Shown in pieces: positions 24,460 through 37,359 of a DNA stretch of 64,000 nt. How positions within the stretch are numbered: position 1 is the first letter of the stretch; every line of letters begins with the position of its first letter. The notes beneath the pieces were generated by a model. It did not search any database. It was not told the DNA's origin and saw only the letters and a list, made by a program, of their open reading frames with translations. Source of the stretch: Raja brachyura. Taxonomy: Eukaryota. The position numbers were made by a program, and so were the translations under genes. The stretch covers positions 19,220,001-19,284,000 of the forward strand of contig OY740809.1 in assembly GCA_963514005.1 (NCBI GenBank). The letters are read 5' to 3'.

Positions 24460-26179
24460 CGTACTAATGGCTGCCTTGCAATATGAACAGAGTGTTTTAC
24501 AGTTCATCATCAGGACCTGTAGTGGAAGGATCCCACACAATAGACGCGGTAGGTTTTGGGTTCCGAAGGGTGATAAAAATACAGCGAGCAAAAGCAGTCA
24601 TAACCCTGCTGCTCGACTATTAATTGCCTCTGTTTAGACGCAGAGTAAGATAGGCCCTGGTTATGAGATCAGGAATAGCGGTACTTTGGGGAGCAGCACT
24701 GAGGATCGGGGTTCATGAACCATTGGACAAGACTATGTGAGAAGGATCGTGAGGCATTGCGGGGCTAACCTTCAGAAAACAGCCATGGCACTATCATTGT
24801 AATTTAAGCCATTGTCATTGGATTTAGCTGCAACAAGTCTCTGATTAATGTGTTTGTCACTAAATAGCCTAGATTCATCAACTCGAATTTTCAATGCAGA
24901 TTGAAGATACAGCTTTCAGTTGTGCATTGCGAGCAATTGAAAGATTGGATGGATAATAGCTTCTTGTTATAATACCTGAAAGTGGATAAAATGCTTGGAG
25001 TGAGGTGATCTTCGTGATATTCCTCAGAGCGAGCGTCACAACCATTGAAGGTGACAATACCCATAGTAGAGGTGAAAGGCAGTTTCAGTTAAGATGCGAA
25101 TTAGCTTGCAAACAATTCAGATTCCTAAGAGGTATTTTTCTGGCAAGTTAGAAATAGGCATTATGAGAGGGCTAGAAATATCTACATAATAAGTCGCCAC
25201 TGAATGGTTTATGTTCTGGGACTTCAGCGCAGCACATCTCACTTATTGTAAGCCTTTGAATTTGGGCTTCCCATTTACATGTTTCAAAAGGGCCCCATTC
25301 ATTTTCTCAGCAAGCAGCACTTTCTCTTGCCAGCTCCTGCCAACGACCACTTGTGTTACACAATCTTACTCTACACGAGTGTTCAAGTAGCATTTTCTGG
25401 TCACAGTGATCCCCATATTAGGATCATTCCTTTAATAAAAATGCTCAGGCATTCCCTGTTCAATCAAGTGCCGTCAAATAAAGAGGAATAAAAGATAATA
25501 CAATATTAACAAGTTCAATAATAATTCTACTTTCCACATCAACAATGTGCGCGCTAGTGAGTTCCTGTGAAGTCTACTTCCTGCATTATAAGGACAAGCA
25601 CTATGTGTTCCTTCTCTGGGATCTCTCGGGAGTGGATGAAGAAGTAGGCAGGCAGACAATAAAACCATGTCCACGGGCCGTGCCAAGCCTGCACTTGCAA
25701 ATAAACTAATTTACTATGGCCAGCAATTTTTCTCCATCTCCAAATGTCTTGATCTTTCCATCAGCAGTGCTCCACACACAGCAATCAAACCCTGCACAGG
25801 ACCTAAGGCATTGCACCTCCTATAATAGACTATTCCTGCACAAATATACTCAAGCTCCACAACAAGTCAACTGGTAGAAGAAAATGGATCTGTTACAGAT
25901 TATACAGGGCAGGGGAATTTGCAGAGGGAGGGCTAAGGTGAATTATGCCTGGAATCAGAGGTTAGGGAGGGTAATGCTGGAATTCAGGGAATCGAGTGGC
26001 CTTGAGTATCTGGGTGGGGTCAGGTGCATACTTGTCTGGGTGAGGGGGACGAAATTCGGACATGTAATCAGGACAAGTCCTGAGAGTGGAGTGGGTGTTG
26101 ATGGACATGCAATCCAAAGTATGGATGACAGTCCCAATTCTATGAGTTTCATCAGTTCGGCAATAATGATTCCTAACAT

Positions 26180-26510
26180 TAGGGCAGCTCAGTGCTTTCC
26201 AATGCCAGAGACCCTGATTTGATCCCGACTACGGGTGTTGTCTGTACACATTTTGTGCGTTCTCCCTGTGACCGCGCGCGTTTTCTCCGGGGGCTCTGGT
26301 TTCAAGGTCACTTTATTGTCACATGTACCAATTAAGGTAGTGAAATTCACTTTCCTCCCACATTCCAAAGATGTACAGGTTTTTAGGTTAATTGGCTTCT
26401 GTAAATTGTCCCTAGTGTGCAGAATGGAACTAGTGTGCGGGTGATTGCTGGTCAATGTGGACTCGGTGGGTTGATGGGCCTGTTTCCACGCTGTATCTCG
26501 AAAACTAAAA
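26180..26510 (+). mobile_element. V-SINE carrying a 47-bp antisense retro-tail insertion
   Basis: SINE motifs as at 18839. Insert 26304-26350 is flanked by tttc. Confidence 0.8.
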
Positions 26511-26945
26511 ATCTTAAATTTATCTTTGCTTAATAAAATCCCATAATGAACTCCACAACAGGAGGTTCAGTACCTAGATGGGAAACGTCAGACTTTGCCT
26601 GTTTGCTGGGTCAATTTCCCACTGACCAGTGTGCTAACCAAATAGCCTTTAAGTTGCCCCTTTAAAGATTTATTTTTTCTGTGACAGGAGGCTGAGGATG
26701 ATCTTATTGATGTGTATAAAATCACGAGAGGCATAGACAAAGCGAATGCATAGTTATATTCCCAAGGAAATGGAATCAAGAACAGAGAGTTTAGGTTTAA
26801 GTGAGCAGGAAAGGGTTTAGCAGGAACCTGGAGTTTTTTCACACAGCGTTGTGTGGAGCAAAGTGCCAGTGGAAATGGTCGAGGCAGATACAGTGACAAC
26901 ATTTTAAATGAAATCTGGACAGGTATATGCACAGGAAAGATTTAA

Positions 26946-27189
26946 AGGCCTGTCCCACTTGGCGATTTTTTTTGGCGACTGCCAGCGTCATATCAGTGTT
27001 GCCAAAAGATTTCAAACATTTTTATATCCAGCGGGACAAAAAAATGTTGCGACACTTGAAAAAACACAGCGCGTCATACATCATCACGCCGTGTCACCGC
27101 CGCATCACGCCGCAAATTTTTTGGTGACCTGATACGTCAGTCACTGATGCCGGCCGTCGCTGAAAAAATTGCCAAGTGGGACAGGCCCT
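26946..27189. mobile_element. PIF/Harbinger-type MITE (244 bp)
   Basis: TIRs aggcctgtcccacttggc / gccaagtgggacaggccct and TSD TAA (26943-26945 / 27190-27192). Confidence 0.85.
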
Positions 27190-27205
27190 TAAGAGGGAGA
27201 TTTAA

Positions 27206-27486
27206 TCATGGCACAGTGGTGCAGTGGTAGAGAAGCTGGGATTCGATTCTGACTGAGGGTGCTGTCTGTATAGATTTTGTATGTTCTTCCAGTGACCACA
27301 TGCGTTTTCTCCAGGTAGATCCAGTTTCCTCCCACACTCCAAAGACGTGCAGGTTTGTAGGTTAACTGGCTTCTGCAAATTGTCCCCAGTATGTAGAGTA
27401 GAACCAGCGTAGGGGTGATCACTGGTGGCGCGGACTCCACACTCCACACTGTATCTCTAAACTAAACTAAACTAAACTAAACTAAA
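27206..27486 (+). mobile_element. V-SINE (HE1-like)
   Basis: tggtgcagtggtaga A box, V-domain and a long (taaac)n tail. Confidence 0.85.
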
Positions 27487-28004
27487 GGGATGTGGTTCAA
27501 ACATGGGCATGTGGGACCAGGCCTAGATGGGCATCTTGTCGGTATGAACGAGTTGGGCCAGGGGACATGTTACTCTATGATTCTATTATTCTATGGGACC
27601 TTAAGCACTTGTGTGGAGTCTACAGAGCACATGTGTTACATTGGGTTTTTTTTAAATGTGAATTAAATAGTCATGATACCTTTTTAAACTGAGATTCAAG
27701 AGTGCATTATAACCTGTCGTTAATCTGTTCAATGCATAGCATGATTGAATTAATCTTTCTCTTGTTAGCAGGCCAAATTGAAAATTATTTATTCTGTACC
27801 CTGCACCTTCATGTTGCTTGTTTTCTAACCTCTGCTCTTGTGTCTACACTCCGTTTTCTGGCTGAACTCTGGAGTTTCTGGCAATACCCACTCTGACCCA
27901 TCAGCAGGGGGATGAATGAAAACAGACTACGATCAACCCGAGTCTAATTTCTCTGGCTTAATGTGGGCGAGCATTTGTCACTCGTTTATTGGGTGGGATT
28001 GATT

Positions 28005-28545
28005 TCATAAGTTCGTAAGGTTATTGCAGCAGAATTAGGCCATTCAGCCATCAAGCCTACTTTACTATTCAATCATGGCTGATCTATCTTTCCCTCTCAA
28101 CCCCATTCTCCTGCCTTCTCCCCATAACCCCTGACATCCATACAAATCAAGAATCTGACAGTCTCAGCCATAAAAAACACCCATTGGCTTGGCCTCCTTC
28201 ACCTTCTGTGGCAATGAATTCCACAGATTCACCGTCCTCTGAATAAAGACATTCCTCCTCAGGATTTTTTCAAAGGTACATCCTTTCATTCTGAGGCTAT
28301 GGCCTCTGGTCCTGGACTCTCCCACTAGTGGAAACATCCCATCCACATCCACTCTATCCAGGCCTTTCACTATTTGATAAGTTTCAATGAGGTCCCCCCT
28401 TATCTTTTGTACAGCCCCCCCCCCCCCCCCCCCTCCAGCAAGTACAGATCAATGCCGTCAACACACTGACCATATGTAAACCCAATTATTCCTGGGATCA
28501 TTCTCGTAAACATACTCTTGACCCTCTCCAATGCCAGGATATTGT
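28005..28545 (-). mobile_element. CR1-clade LINE 3' fragment
   Basis: KGLDRVDVDGMFPLVGESRTRGHSL...VNLWNSLPQK. Confidence 0.85.
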
Positions 28546-28674
28546 GCCCAGAATTGACATGCAGCTGGTAGTTCTAGGGGGATCTGTTGCTGAGGTGCCC
28601 TTGCAGGACACATCAACTTCACATTGAAACACAACAGTCTGAGATGAGCTGGAAGTCAGATGCTAGAGCACGAG

Positions 28675-29295
28675 ACCTCCATACATTTATCTCCTCCCGC
28701 CTAGATTACTGCAACTCCCTTTACACTGGCATCAGCCAATCTTCCCTGTCCCGCCTGCAACTGGTCCAAAACGCAGCAGCGAGACTCCTGACGGGCACCC
28801 GAAAAAGTGACCACATCACCCCGATCCTGGCCTCTCTCCACTGGCTCCCTGTGCGGTTCCGAATTAATTTCAAGACCCTCCTCTTTGTCTACAAAGCCCT
28901 AAATGGGCTTGCACCCACCTACATTGAAAGTCTTCTCACCCACTACACCCACTACATGTCCCTCAGATCGGCCGACTTGGGGTTGCTGAATGTCCCGCAG
29001 TCTAGGCTTAAGCTCAGGGGCGACCGCGCCTTTGCGATTGCAGCTCCTAGACTGTGGAACAGCATCCCCCTCCCCAATAGAACTGCCCCCTCCATCGACT
29101 CCTTTAAGTCTAGTCTAAAAACGTATCTATTCTCCCAAGCCTTTCCTGACGTCCTCTGAGTGAGGGCTATTTGTATATATGTATGTAGCCTGCTTGTGTA
29201 TACTACTCTTATAACAAATGTAAAGCACTTTGGTCAACAAGAGTTGATTTTTAAATGTGCTATATAAATAAATGTGACTTGACTTGACTTGACTT
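28675..29295 (+). mobile_element. L2-clade LINE 3' end with open ORF2 C-terminus
   Basis: HTFISSRLDYCNSL...LQLVQNAAARLL...HITPILASLHWLPV...RAFAIAAPRLWNSIP...FKSSLKTYLF, then the L2 3' UTR tgtaaagcacttt...tgctatataaataaa and a (gactt)n tail. Confidence 0.92.
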
Positions 29296-29444
29296 TTCCT
29301 TGGGGCTGTCCTCTGAGCCTGGAGATGAAGCACTGGTTTGCTGAACCGAGGGACAGCACGCACTTTCTACCTGGTCCTGCCATGGTTACAAGGGGCAGCA
29401 CAGTCTCGTGCATTTAAAACAGGAAGGGAGGAGCACCTCTTCCA

Positions 29445-29683
29445 CAGCAACAATGGACCCTTGTGGACTCCACCTTTCCTTGGTCATCGGTGTCAACTCT
29501 GACTTGTTCTGAACCTCTTCATACCTCTACTTTCCCTGCCCCCTGACCCTCAGTCTGAAGAAGGGTTTTGACCCAATATGTCACCTACTACTTTTCTCCA
29601 GAGATGCTGCTTGACTGCTGAGTTACTCCAGCAGTTTGTGGCTATCTTCGGTGTAAACCAGCATCTGCAGTTCCTTCCTGCAC
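29445..29683 (+). mobile_element. PLE 3' end with terminal repeat
   Basis: cagtctgaagaagggttttgacccaatatgtc (degenerate hammerhead) followed by the full repeat tail. Confidence 0.75.
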
Positions 29684-31100
29684 AAAATGTAGTTTGCTTG
29701 TTTTTCTCCATTTTACCTTATTTTGTTGGTATTCGTTATACTACTTAAATGTGTTTAAAATTAAATGGATTTATATGCATCATTTTTATAGTTCAATCTG
29801 TCCTTAATAAAATATTGAATACCATTCAAAATATTTAAATGCATCTCCCAAAAGGGTTTTGGTCGCAGCTGTGAAAAGGCCATCAGATCATTCTAAGAGA
29901 AGCTCTCAGCATCTGCTGTCTGAAGCTTGGACACCACCTCCAGCCTGATGCACCCCACCAGAGGACTCTTGGATAGACAGGGTCAGCTCAGTAGGTCACT
30001 GTTGATAGGTGGGTACTGGCCTTTCAAAGGGCCGGATCCACGGTGATCCAGCCCAAAATGTCTCCTGAAGTATGGATCACAATCTTAACTCTTCAGATTG
30101 ACACCATTCTCTCATTATTTACACCCAAGAATGAATCATGGGGTAACAATGAGGAACAGAAAACCTGGCTGACAAATTAATTTCCTTTTCAATTTGACTT
30201 AAAAAAAACAACATTATATGATGTTTAAGTAGTTTCAATTTAAGTGGTTAGTCAGTGAGATGCCAGAGAAAGGTAATGCTGACTTAATCTCATCTGTCTT
30301 GGTTTCCAGCTTTGTTACTCTTGGGTATTAGACAAAAAGAAGGAATAAACACGCAAACAAAAATACGGAAAAAAACATTATGGAATTAAATATGTAACAA
30401 AGTAAAGTGAGAGTGGATTATATTTAAAAGCTGGAAACGATCATTTCTGTAAGTGCAGTTGTAACATTGGCAACTCGTCAGAGTTTTACAGCTCTCAGTT
30501 TTATTATGTAAGAAAGGAGAGAGAGCATATGGCAATATGCTCCGAAGCTGAACACTAATGCCAAGTTCCGTAAGCCTAAAAGGGATTGAGGAGAGAGTTT
30601 GTGTAGTTTTTGCACTTCCTCTGCAGAAGGAGCACAGAGTGTAGTGGTGAGTGGTTTACCAAATGTTTTCCACAGTTTGTTTTGCATGGTCACAATCACA
30701 CTCTGGCTTGGCTCTAATTTCCCCTTTATGGAGCAGGTTTACACACCAACCTCTGACATGGGTGATGCAACATGAACTTCTCTGAGCATGTTGAAGGCAG
30801 TGGGTGTGATGTGTGGATTTTGAATCAGGATATTTGCGCAGTTCCATTTTATGTCATAGCATTAATGTGGATAAGGAGAGAGGCAGCACCTAATCCTTTG
30901 ATTTATGTCATAGATATGTCACTTAGGAGAGATATCTCATGCAAACACCAAAATTAACTCTTTCAGTTGGTTAAAAAATTAACACAAAGCATTTGGACAT
31001 GCAGCCTCGAAACATGGCAAGGGGTGGAAGATTGCAACCTTCACATGGTCCGCCCTGTTTCGACTACTGCAATCAACTTGACGTGCATAAACAGAAGATC

Positions 31101-31772
31101 AATAGGCAATAGACAATAGGTACAGGAGTAGGCCATTCGGGCCTTCGAGCCAGCACCGCCATTCAATGTGATCGTGGCTGATCATCTCCAATCAGTAACC
31201 TGTTCCTGCCTTCTCCCCATATCCCCTGACTCTGCCATCTTTAAGAGCCCAATCTAGCTCTCTCTTTAAAGTATCCAGAGAACTGGCCTCCACCGCCCTC
31301 TGGGGCAGAGAATTCCACAGACTCACAACTCTCTGTGAGAAAAAGTGTTTCTTGTCTCCGTTCTAAATGGCTCACCCCTTATCCTTAAACTGTGGCCCCT
31401 GGTTCTGGATTCCCCCAACATTGGGAACATGTTTCCTGCCTCTAGCGTGTCCAAACCCTTAACAATCTTATAAGTTTCAATAAGATCCCCTCTAATCCTT
31501 CTAAACTCCAGAGTATACAAGCCCAGCCGCTCCATTCTCTCAGCACATGACAGTCCCGCCATCCCGGGAATTAATCTTGTTCCCAATAATCTTACTCCCT
31601 CAATAGCAAGAATGTCCTTCCTCAAATTTGGGGACCAAAACTGCACACAATACTCCAGGTGTGGTCTCACTAGGGCCCTGTACAACCGCAGAAGGACCTC
31701 TTTGCTCCTATACTCAACTTCTCTTGTTATAAAGTCCAACGTGCCATTTGCTTTCTTCACTGCCTGTTGTAC
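31101..31772 (-). mobile_element. CR1-clade LINE 3' fragment
   Basis: KKANG...LYRALVRPHLEYCVQFWSPNLRKDILAIEGV...RGDLIETYKI...RTRGHSL, plus 3' UTR and tail. Confidence 0.92.
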
Positions 31773-32077
31773 TTAACATATGGAGAGTAAAGTTAGGTTT
31801 CATGTGTCCAAGGTTGGAAATAAAATCTAGTTAATGGTCATGAAGAATAGATTGGAAGAAGATTGGAAAGGAAGCCAGGAAAATGATTCTACATCACAGA
31901 TCACTGTTTTCTTGGTTTCTCCTATGTCGGAAGGGTAGAGTGACTTTGCTTTAAGAATAATAAATCCACTGCATGTAAATGTTTAATTGGAAGGTTGTTG
32001 GTGATCTAAAGTGATACTAATAGGGACAAGAGTCAATACAATAAATTTAAAACATGAGTCCACTGTCAAACATTTTA

Positions 32078-33150
32078 GGTAGACACAAAATGCTGGAGTA
32101 ACTCAGCAGGACAGGCAGCATCTCTGGAGGGAAGGAAAGGGTGATGTTTCGAGTTGAGACCCTTCGGCAGACTAATGTCAGGGGAATGGGTGGTACAGAG
32201 ATAGAATATAGTCGGAGACAGTAAGACTGTTGGGAGAACTGGGAAATGGAAGGAGATGGAGAGACAGGGAAAGCAAGGGCTATTTGAACTAGAGAAGTCA
32301 ATGTTCATACCGCTGGGGTGTAAGCTAGCCAAGCAAAATATGAGGTGCTCACTCTGACAATGGAGGAGGCCCAGGACAGAAAGGACAGATTGGGAATGGG
32401 AGGGGGAGTTAAAGTGCTGTGCAACTGGGAGATCAGGTAGGTTAAGGCGGACTGAGCGGAGCTGTTCAGTGAAATGATCGCTGAGCTTGCGCTTGGTCTC
32501 GCCAATGTACAGGAGTTGGCACTTGGAACAGCGGATACACTAGATGAGGTTGGAGGAAATGCAAGTGAACCTCTGCCTCACCTGGAAAGATTGTCGAGGT
32601 CCTTGGATAGTCGAGGGGGGAGGTAAAGGGACAGGTGTTGCATCTCCTGCGGTTGCTGGGGTAAGTACCTGGGGAGGGGGTGTTTTGGGTGGGAAGGGAC
32701 AGGTTGACCAGGGAGTTGCGGAGAGAACGGTCTCTGTGGAAAACAGAAAGGGGTGGAGATGGGACGATCCCAGTTGTGGGATCCCGTTGGAGGTGGCCAA
32801 AATGTTTGAGGATTATATGGTGTATGCGATGACTGATGGGGTGGAAGGTGAGGACAAGGGGGACTCTGTCCTTGTTATGAATGGGGGGAGGAAGAGTAAG
32901 AGCGGAGCTGTGGGATATCGAGAAGACCCTAGTGAGACCCTCGGAGCTGCGGGGATATCGAGGAGACCCTAGTGAGAATGGAAGAGGGGAACCCCTGTTT
33001 CCTAAAGAATGAGGACATCTCCGATGACCTAGTATGGAAAACCTCATCCTGGTGTAGACGGAGGAATTGGGAGTAGGGGACAGAGTCTTTACAGTAACCA
33101 GGGCGGGAAGAAGTGTAGTCTAGATAACTATGGGAGTCAGTAACTTTGTA
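32078..33150 (-). mobile_element. Penelope-like retroelement (Neptune-like), 5'-truncated, pseudogenised
   Basis: RT thumb (YKVTDSHSYLDYTSS...SVPYSQFLRL), RVPLVLTFHP, Cys linker RRCNTCP, and GIY-YIG endonuclease RFTCISSNLI*CIRCSKCQLLYIGETKRKL with a stop replacing the first Tyr. Followed by the terminal repeat at ~32078-32180. Confidence 0.9.
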
Positions 33151-33865
33151 AAACATTTTAGCACAGACCGGATTAGGAAAAAAATTAATCCTTTAACGAG
33201 GCAAAGGTGAGATGATGCTGTGTAACTTTACACCAACCAGGTTTTTTTGACAAATTCAAAATTATAAAAAAGTAAAATGTGGCTCATGTTCTTAAGAAAA
33301 ATAATGTGTAACTGTACTCTCTGTGATAGCGCAGTTCTAAGATAGGCAGTGAAAGAACAACTGCTTTCCGTTGCTTGACAAGCTTTGGGATGTTTTTGAA
33401 GAAACAGGCATATAAAAGTACTATTTGAATGCAAGTTTTTGTCCTTCTTTCCTATGAATTAGGATTGTTAATAAATTATGCATGACTCTCCCTACTCTTT
33501 TATAGAAAAATGTCCCTGAGCCATTTCCTTCCATTTTTATCTGAATGTTAGACCAGTAGAAAGTCAGTAATTATTACATGCTTGCACATAGAAGGCATAA
33601 AGATAGACGGAGTGACCTGTGGGAATGAGACTTTTTTTTTCCAAGGAGTTGATTATTGAAGAATGGTATTATATAGTGGGCACCCATCCTCTTGTGGTGA
33701 CCTGCTCCAGTGTGTTTAATTTTTGTTGTTGCATTTTCTGCACTTCTGATACTTACGGATACTCTTCAATGATATGGTCTGCATTGGGAGGTGAGACACT
33801 TTATAAACTTATTTCCTGGGCATCTACTTTAGTCAGCAATATGCAGCTGTTTGTATTATTTGATT

Positions 33866-34172
33866 GAAAGATACAGCATGGAAACAGACCATTCGGCCCA
33901 CCAAGTCCATGCTGAGCACTGATCGCCAGTTCACATTATTTCTCTGCTATCCCACTTTTGCATCCAGTGCCAACACATCAGGGGCAATTTTACAGATGCC
34001 AATTAACCTACAAAACTAATATGTCTTGTGGATGTGGGAGGAAACTGGAGCACCAGGATGAAAACCGTATGATCACAGGGAAAATGTGAAGATCAGGATC
34101 GAGCACCCAAGATCAGATCAAATCCGGGTCTCTGGTGCTATCAAATTGCAACTCTATTAGTGCACCACTGTG
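33866..34172 (-). mobile_element. V-SINE, decayed
   Basis: gatacagcatggaaacag...gtgggaggaaactggagcacc...ccgggtctctggtgct. Confidence 0.75.
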
Positions 34173-34952
34173 ACGTTCTGGGGTTGTGTTACTCCAGCAT
34201 CTTCTCAAGTCAAAGCTTCTGGTTTGTTGTTTAACGTGTTTTTTTTAATCTGAATTTAGTATTGTTTAAAGCTATATTTTAATCTCATCAGAATTGTTCT
34301 GTCATTCATCTTCTCTACAATCTGTATTGTATGCCAGACTGCGCTTCCATAGTGTTTTTAGTTCTGCAGTAGCTGTTTATTATAAAGCAGGCCAGACACC
34401 ATGATGTTTCTCAGTGAAACTACTGAACTGGATCCACATCTTATCAAAGGTCCATCCGATTCAATGAGTTGTAAATAGGCTTCACAGCCCCGAGTGATGT
34501 TTCCTCTCTTCCTTAAATGTGTGGGCCCCTGAAATGTTCTACATGATGAGATCATGGAATGTTACCGCACAGGACATGACTAAGACCAATTCCATCATGC
34601 TTGTGCCAACACTGAAATAGCTATTTCTTTGGTCACATTTTCTTGCTTGTTTTCCTTGGTCCTGTAATTCCTTCCCCTTTGACTGCAGATCCAACTCCAG
34701 TGAATTAGCAATGAATATGCTTCCATCAGACTTTCAGCAATTATGTTCCTGACTATAACAACTCACTGAATAAACACATTTTCCTTGCCTGCCCTTTGAT
34801 TCTTCTCCAGTTAGTATAAATCGGTGTCCTCCTGTCACCAACCTTTTGGCTCGGAAACAGTTTCCTTCTCTGTGCTCCATTGTAAGCATTCATAATTTTG
34901 AGAAAATTTAGTATATCTTCAGTTTCTATCCTCTCGACAACAATCTTACCTG

Positions 34953-35265
34953 TTTAGTTTAGTTTAGAGACACAGCGAGGAAACAGGCCCTTCGGCCCAC
35001 CAAGTCCACGCCGACCAGCAATCATCCCGGTACACTAACACTATCCAACACACAAAAGACAATTTACAATTTTACCAAAGCCAATTAATCTAAACAATCT
35101 CGTACGCCTTTGGAATATGGGAGAAAACCGAAGCACCCAGAGAAAACCCACGTAGACACAGGGAGAACGTGGGAGAACTCCGTACAGACAGCACCCGTGG
35201 TCAGGATCGAACCCGTGTCTCTGGCACTGAAAGGCAGCAGCTCTACCACTGCACCACTGTGCTGC
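34953..35265 (-). mobile_element. Full-length V-SINE (HE1-like)
   Basis: (gttta)n tail, V-domain, B box and A box all present on the minus strand. Confidence 0.9.
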
Positions 35266-37359
35266 CTTTGTTGTTGTCTCCCCATACAATCGAGTTCCCT
35301 CATCATTGAAACAACAGTATTTAGCAAATCTCCTCTGAGTTCTCCTCAATTTGAAACCTAGGTCCTACAGGAGTTGAGTGAAGATCATATAATTCTTTCA
35401 GGTTTCATCCCTCTTGAACCAAGCTCATTGGAGTAAGATGGGATTTTACAATCTTAACTAGCAAGCTTGCTCGGTACTTCCATTACTTTCTAATTTTATT
35501 TCATAATTCCATTGTCTGCATTTTCTTTTTTTTCCAAGAGATAAAGGCACCCCACTGTCAGAACTATCCATCGGAATTTGATGATGTTTGAATTACAGAC
35601 AGGCAACATATATCGTAAATATAAATAAACAAAAGCTCTAATGGGTGAACTCCAAACCAGCATGTCTGATGCATGGAAACACAATGAGATTGACTTTCGG
35701 CAATTAGGTGACTGCATCCAGATTAAGGCTTTGTATTTGGGGGGATTTAAAGATGTTAATGTGTTTGTGATAATAAAAAGAGAGAAGCAATGTTATATGC
35801 AATAAGTCTGTGGTTCTAGACTTTGAATAAATCATGGGCACATCATCTTTCTTCCATTCACAATTGGTGTTATGTTGAATCCACCAAAAGAACAGGTTAT
35901 GTAGTGCAAGATCAATTAATTCACACCTACAATTTGATTCCCCCCTTATTGAAATATAATTTTTACAATTTTTAACTACTGACACTTATGAAAATGATGT
36001 CGAAAATAAGGTTAAAAGCATTTCACGTTTACCCTTCTTGTCTCAGTGAGAAATTTTCCTGAACCATTCTACATTTCAAAATGTTTTTCAGGCCATGCTC
36101 TACAATGTTTCTTGCTTGCAGTCACCACATAAGTGGCTCATTTCTAAAATTGCAGTAAGACTGAAACATGATTAAGGATTTCAAATAGCTGAATAAACAG
36201 TCCATTCAGTTAAGAATAATGGAAATCTGGAGGTAACTCCTTATAGAGGACAGTCGCGAAGGAGAGAAGAAATATTTGCAATAACTTGCGTGTAGTAAAA
36301 AGCAAAAGTCGAACCATGTTATTTTTTCTCATATTAATTTTTACAACATTCATCTTCCATTTAAAAAATGCAATGTAAGAAACCTTTACCACAGTGCTTC
36401 AGTGGTTAAACCATACTGAGAGTATTCAACAGTTGGTGGTAGTTGTGGTCGAAGGACACATCACAATACAAACAGTTGCTAACACCAATCCTGTAGAATT
36501 GTAAATAGGAAGAATAGTTTCCAGTGCCAGTCTTTGTTGTTTAGTCAATGGAGTTATTCTACTCTGAATTCAATGTGTTTTGAAATAAATACAAAAGCCT
36601 TCACCCGAACAAGCTAGGCTTTTAGAATTAGCTAGCAGAACGTGGTAACCAAGTACTCTAGAAATTGTACAGACCAAGGAGTGAGCAAAGAAAATCAAAA
36701 AGAAAATTGTTATGTGATGGATGTTATTTGACATATTGTGTAGTTATCTTTTGATGGTGAAATATAGAGAGAAGAGAGTTACCATGCTGTACAGCTGAAA
36801 CATTCAGTAATGCCACAAGCCCTTAGAGAAATACTTGCGTGCTTTATAAAAATAATGTCTGATCTCAGAGACGATTTGGTCTTTAAAGAGCCAGTATAAT
36901 CTGGCAAAAATATATGTTTGAAACTGACACTAAACGGGCATGGGCGTAGAATTCCCAAATACAGGTATTTGGGATATTTTACTGAATTATATCTGCCACT
37001 GACACTGGTGGTGTTCACTGCTTGCTCAAGCACAGTTCCATGACCGATGTTTCCTGGAAGTAGCACTTCTTTAAATGTGACTGTTGGTAAGTCATTGCAA
37101 ATGGGAGGAATCAAATCTGAAAGTAGTCCTTCCTCTCTCCTACACTCCCATGAGTGATGCTGAATAGAGGGCAGAATCGTGGTTTGGGTCCCTATATCAC
37201 CTCTTATTTGGATGAAGTGGGTGGTAATTCCCCATCACTGTTCCATCAGAAATTAATTGGACTCCTAAAAAATCTGGGATTTATTTTAGCTTTCAATATG
37301 CTGAGCTCTGAAGTTCTCTCTCCAAGGTGCTCTATCTTTCGAATATACAGTATCCTCAC

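Larger units (their letters stand above)
26687..27595 (+). mobile_element. CR1 3' fragment interrupted by a MITE and a SINE
   Basis: LRMILLM-type start (aggctgaggatgatcttattgatgtgtataaaatc). Resumes at ~27487 with the 3' UTR and an (atgattct) tail. Confidence 0.7.
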
